Assembly: GCF_001447785.1 (NCBI RefSeq)
Contig: NW_015170904.1
Span: 330,939 to 394,938 of the forward strand
DNA length: 64,000 bases
Origin: Gekko japonicus
Lineage: Eukaryota
Direction of reading: 5' to 3'
Every line of letters begins with the position of its first letter. Position 1 is the stretch's first letter. Positions 60,417 through 64,000 of the stretch are shown piece after piece. The position numbers and the translations under genes were made by a program. The notes under the pieces are model-generated. The model saw only the letters and a list, made by a program, of their open reading frames with translations, made no database searches and had not been told where the DNA came from.

Positions 60417-60998
60417 TAACCTGGTGTTTTCTCAGGTTTGTAGGGAGATCTGTATTGTATGCTCATGGCTCCAGTAGCTGGGTCCAAGTAGCCACTGATG
60501 GGGCCATGTTTAGAATTGACTATCGTGATAATTTAGTGAAAGCCTGTAGTATTTTAGAACTATGGCTGAGTTTTCAAGGAGCCATCACTATAGTCTCTAT
60601 GCACAGACATTAGCTTTTGAGAGCCCACTCCACCCCCTTTCCTCCATCCTCTCGTCAGAGTCATCTACATATTGGAAACTCTCCAGAGCAATATCTCATG
60701 AAGGACAAGTAGCTACAGATATAATTTTAAGGGAAATTTGACAAGTACACTTGCCTATCAATTTCAGTGGAACTTAAATGCAACAGGGAAGCTTTATTGT
60801 TCCAGGTGCTCCAAGCTTACTGCTTTCATGAGGTAGTGGTTGTATAAGGATCTGTCTCAGGTCTCTAGTATGGAGTGGAAGCTTGCTGGATGATCTCGGG
60901 CCACTTATTCTCTCTCAAACTAACCAACTTCACAGGGTAGTTAGTAGGGTAAGATGGAGAACAGTGGACAGTGTTGTAAACTGCTTTTGGTTTTGGTT

Positions 60999-62118
60999 AA
61001 GCAGAGGGTGGTAAGCAGTGGGGTACCGCAGGGATCAGTACTTGGTCCACTGCTTTTTAACTTGTTCATTAATGATTTGGAGTTGGGAGTAAGCAATGAA
61101 GTGGCTAAATTTGCGGATGATACAAAGTTGTTCAGGGTGGTGAAAACCAGTGAGGATTGTGAGGCACTCCAAAGGGATCTGTCAAGGATGGGCAAGTGGG
61201 CGTCAACATGGCAAATGGGGTTCAATGTGGCCAAGTGCAAGGTGATGCACACTGGAGCCAAAAATCCTAAATATAAATACACATTGATGGGGTCTGAACT
61301 GGCAGAGACTGATCAAGAGAGAGATCTTGGAGTTGTAGCAGATAACTCACTGAAAATGTCGAGACAGTGTGTGACTACAATAAAGAAGGCCAATGCTATG
61401 CTGGGGATTATTAGGAAGGGTATTGAAAACAGATCAGTCAATATCATAATGCCCCTATATAAATCAATGGTGCGGCCTCATTTGCAATACTGTGTGCAGT
61501 TCTGGTCACCACACCTTAAAAAGGATATTATAGCTTTGGGAAAAGTGCAGAAAAGGGCAACTCAAATGATAAAAGGGTTGTAACAGGTTCCCTATGAGGA
61601 AAGGTTAAAGCACTTAGGGCTCTTTAGGTTGGAGAAACGACGATTGAGGGGAGACATGATTGAGGTTTATAAGATTATGCATGGGATAGAGCAGGTAGAG
61701 AAAGAGGTACTTTTCTCCCTTTCTCACAATACAAGAACTCGTGGGCACTCAATGAAATTGCTGAGTGGTCGGGTTAGAACGGATAAAAGGAAGTACTTCT
61801 TCACCCAAAGAGTGATTAACACATGGAATTCACTGCCACAGGAGGTGGCGGCGGCTACGAGCATGGACGGCTTCAAAAGGGAATTAGATAAGCATATGGA
61901 GCAGAGGTCCACAAGGTATAGATAGGGGCTCTGGGGCAAGTGATGCTCTGTCTTCTTGGTGGGGGGGGGGGCGTCAACAGTGGGAGGGCTTCTAATGTCC
62001 TGGCCCCACTGGTGGACCTCCTGATAGCACTGGTATTTCTGGCCACTGTGTGACACAGAGTGTTGGACTGGATGAGCCTTTGGCCTGATCCAACATTGGC
62101 GTCTCTTATGTTCTTATG
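60999..62118 (+). mobile_element. 5'-truncated CR1 LINE (ORF2 RT to 3' UTR)
   Basis: GVPQGSVLGPLLFNLFINDL, KFADDTKL, KRRLRGDMIEVYK, WNSLPQEV; premature TAA at 61581-61583; terminal tcttatgttcttatg octamer repeat. Confidence 0.95.
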
Positions 62119-63285
62119 GTCCACATTGAGGACAAAAGCAAGATGTAAATAGCTAAATATATAAATAAATAGTAAATCTGCAAAACTTTCCCCTCTTCTT
62201 TTTATGCTCACAGAAACTGACCCTCCCCTCCCCTCCCCTCTATCCTCTCCGTAAAAGTGGTGTATATGATAGCAAATGGTTGCAAAGACACAATATGCTT
62301 ATCACCCCTTAGCTTGGCTCCTATTATTGTATCGGCTGATGTGTTAAGAGAATGACTTGTGGTAACACAGCTTTAATAACAGTTTCACTTTTTTTTTAAA
62401 AAAAAACCCAAATATTCAGATATAACATGAAAAAATGTATCTTGCGAACACATTCCATGTGGGTGGTAATCACTTTCTGAACCCACAATACATTCTGAAA
62501 CCTCAGCATTATTTGTCACATATAACATTGCATTTTCCGGTTATGGGATAATTGAGATGTATTATTTCTAAGTCTGGGCACCCATGGAAACATAAATTCA
62601 TCTTCCAAACTGGATGCATGTAGAGATCAGGTTACAGGGGAAGCCATGAACTGTCACTGCTGAAGGAGATCCCAGGCAAGCAAGATGCACAGTTGTGCTT
62701 TCCAGACCAGAGACAAAGGCTGAGGAGAGACTGGCAGTATAACGCGTGAGGGAGGCGGGGCAAAAAGACCCGGACCAAGTTATCGGGCCAAATTGCCAGT
62801 CTGAACTCAGCCATCGACTGGAAGAAGCCAAGTTATGATGACAGTGGGGTGTCTTTACCTGAGGTCTTAACTACCAGGTTCCGATTGACCACTGAACTTG
62901 CCAGGAACTCTCCTGGTGGACCTCTGACCTGGAGGGCTGGGCGAGGGATAAGCTTGGTTCTTTCACTTGTCAGTAGACTCTGTATTTCATGGAATTTCCT
63001 AAATTTATCTTCTGAGTTAATGCAATGACAGCCGAGGTGGTGGTGATCTCTGTGCTCTTTTCTGAGAAGGGATTTTGAGTCTTGCTGGTGTAGAGAAATT
63101 TAGGAGATTTATGCCTATGGAGTTTAATTTATCTGTTACCTCTTGGTCAAAAAGAGATGGGTATAACATGAAACCAGCAGCATTTGAAGTAGCTTACCCT
63201 CAAACACCTAATGCAGGGTTGACTAGGACTTACCATCATGAAAAATTTCCCTTTCCCAAAAGTTTTTTAAAACTTTTTTTTAATT

Positions 63286-63546
63286 AAGAAGAAGAAAGAA
63301 AAGTTGGGTTCACTCAGAGTCTCAGAGCGGCTTGCAATCTCCTTCCCTTCCTCTCCTCACAACAAACACCCTGTGGGGTAGGTGAGGCTGAGAGAGCTCT
63401 GAGAGAATTGCTCTTGAGAGAACAGCTCTGAGAAAACTGTGACTGGCCCAAGGTCATCCAGCTGGCTGCATGTGGAGGAGTGGGGAATCAAACCCGGTTC
63501 TCCAGATTAGAGTTCAGCACTCTAAATCACTACACCAAACTGGCTT
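63286..63546 (-). mobile_element. Squam3B-like SINE
   Basis: Reverse complement family match. Confidence 0.85.
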
Positions 63547-63589
63547 TCAGTTAACAACCAGCCTGAGGAAGTTCATACACTGTTACATG

Positions 63590-63798
63590 CAGGGGTCATT
63601 TGGGGGGGGACGCGGGGGGACGCCATCCCCCCGGGTGAGGTGCGGGAGGGCGGGGCCTGGAGCTCCCTGCTGGTGCCCACTGGAGGTCGCCGCCGGCTGT
63701 GGGGAGGACACACTTCCGGTGATGTCAGGGGGTGTGACATATGCTAATGAGTTATGCTAATGAGTCCCCCTAGCTCTTTTTCTACGAAATGACCCCTG
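63590..63798. mobile_element. hAT MITE (209 bp), sibling of 20542
   Basis: TIR CAGGGGTCATTT; perfect TSD GTTACATG. Confidence 0.93.
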
Positions 63799-64000
63799 GT
63801 TACATGTCATTTGACTGGTCCTAATAAAAAGATACTGTGTGGCTTGTGAGTATAAGAGTAAGCTCAGTCACATAAATGGCTTGAAGATTTCATTGTCAGT
63901 GCTAAAAAATTTCAGACAGTTGGCATCTGTTTTGGGGGGGGGAGGAAGGGTGATCTTTAGGCAAACCAGCTTAATGTGCAATGCTACATTTGTTGAGTAT

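Noticed and set aside
1-64000. Prokaryotic systems (CRISPR array, phage integrase island, operons)
   Set aside because: No repeat-spacer array; the recombinase is explained by DIRS; the context is vertebrate repeats.

Overview
Vertebrate nuclear DNA, almost certainly squamate and most likely a gecko. This is inferred from abundant MIR/Ther1-derived Squam3-type SINEs with (CTT)n tails and 5S-Sauria-type SINEs. It is a draft assembly with four N gaps. No host protein-coding gene is recognisable; the window reads as intronic or intergenic sequence dominated by transposons. Retroelements: the 3' end of an apparently young DIRS element (intact tyrosine recombinase plus ICR and right terminus, 1-1198); a complete but decayed Mag-clade Ty3/Gypsy provirus (14299-19117, both LTRs, tRNA-Ser PBS, PPT, GGAAG TSD); solo LTRs; CR1, L2 and L1 fragments; a short TSD-flanked L1-like element spanning a gap (possibly ORF1-only/HAL1-like); and Penelope-like remnants carrying minimal hammerhead ribozymes, including a 104-bp-arm fold-back with a hammerhead in each arm. 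DNA transposons: several hAT and PIF/Harbinger MITE families. The most notable non-annotated structures are an old inverted duplication (about 1785-3260 vs about 5760-8125) with CCAAT/TATA modules at its outer ends, the DIRS terminus with a splice-donor motif inside the ICR-complementary stretch, and polarised internal motif arrays in the Harbinger MITEs. I found no firm evidence of a wholly new system; the hypotheses below are labelled as inference.
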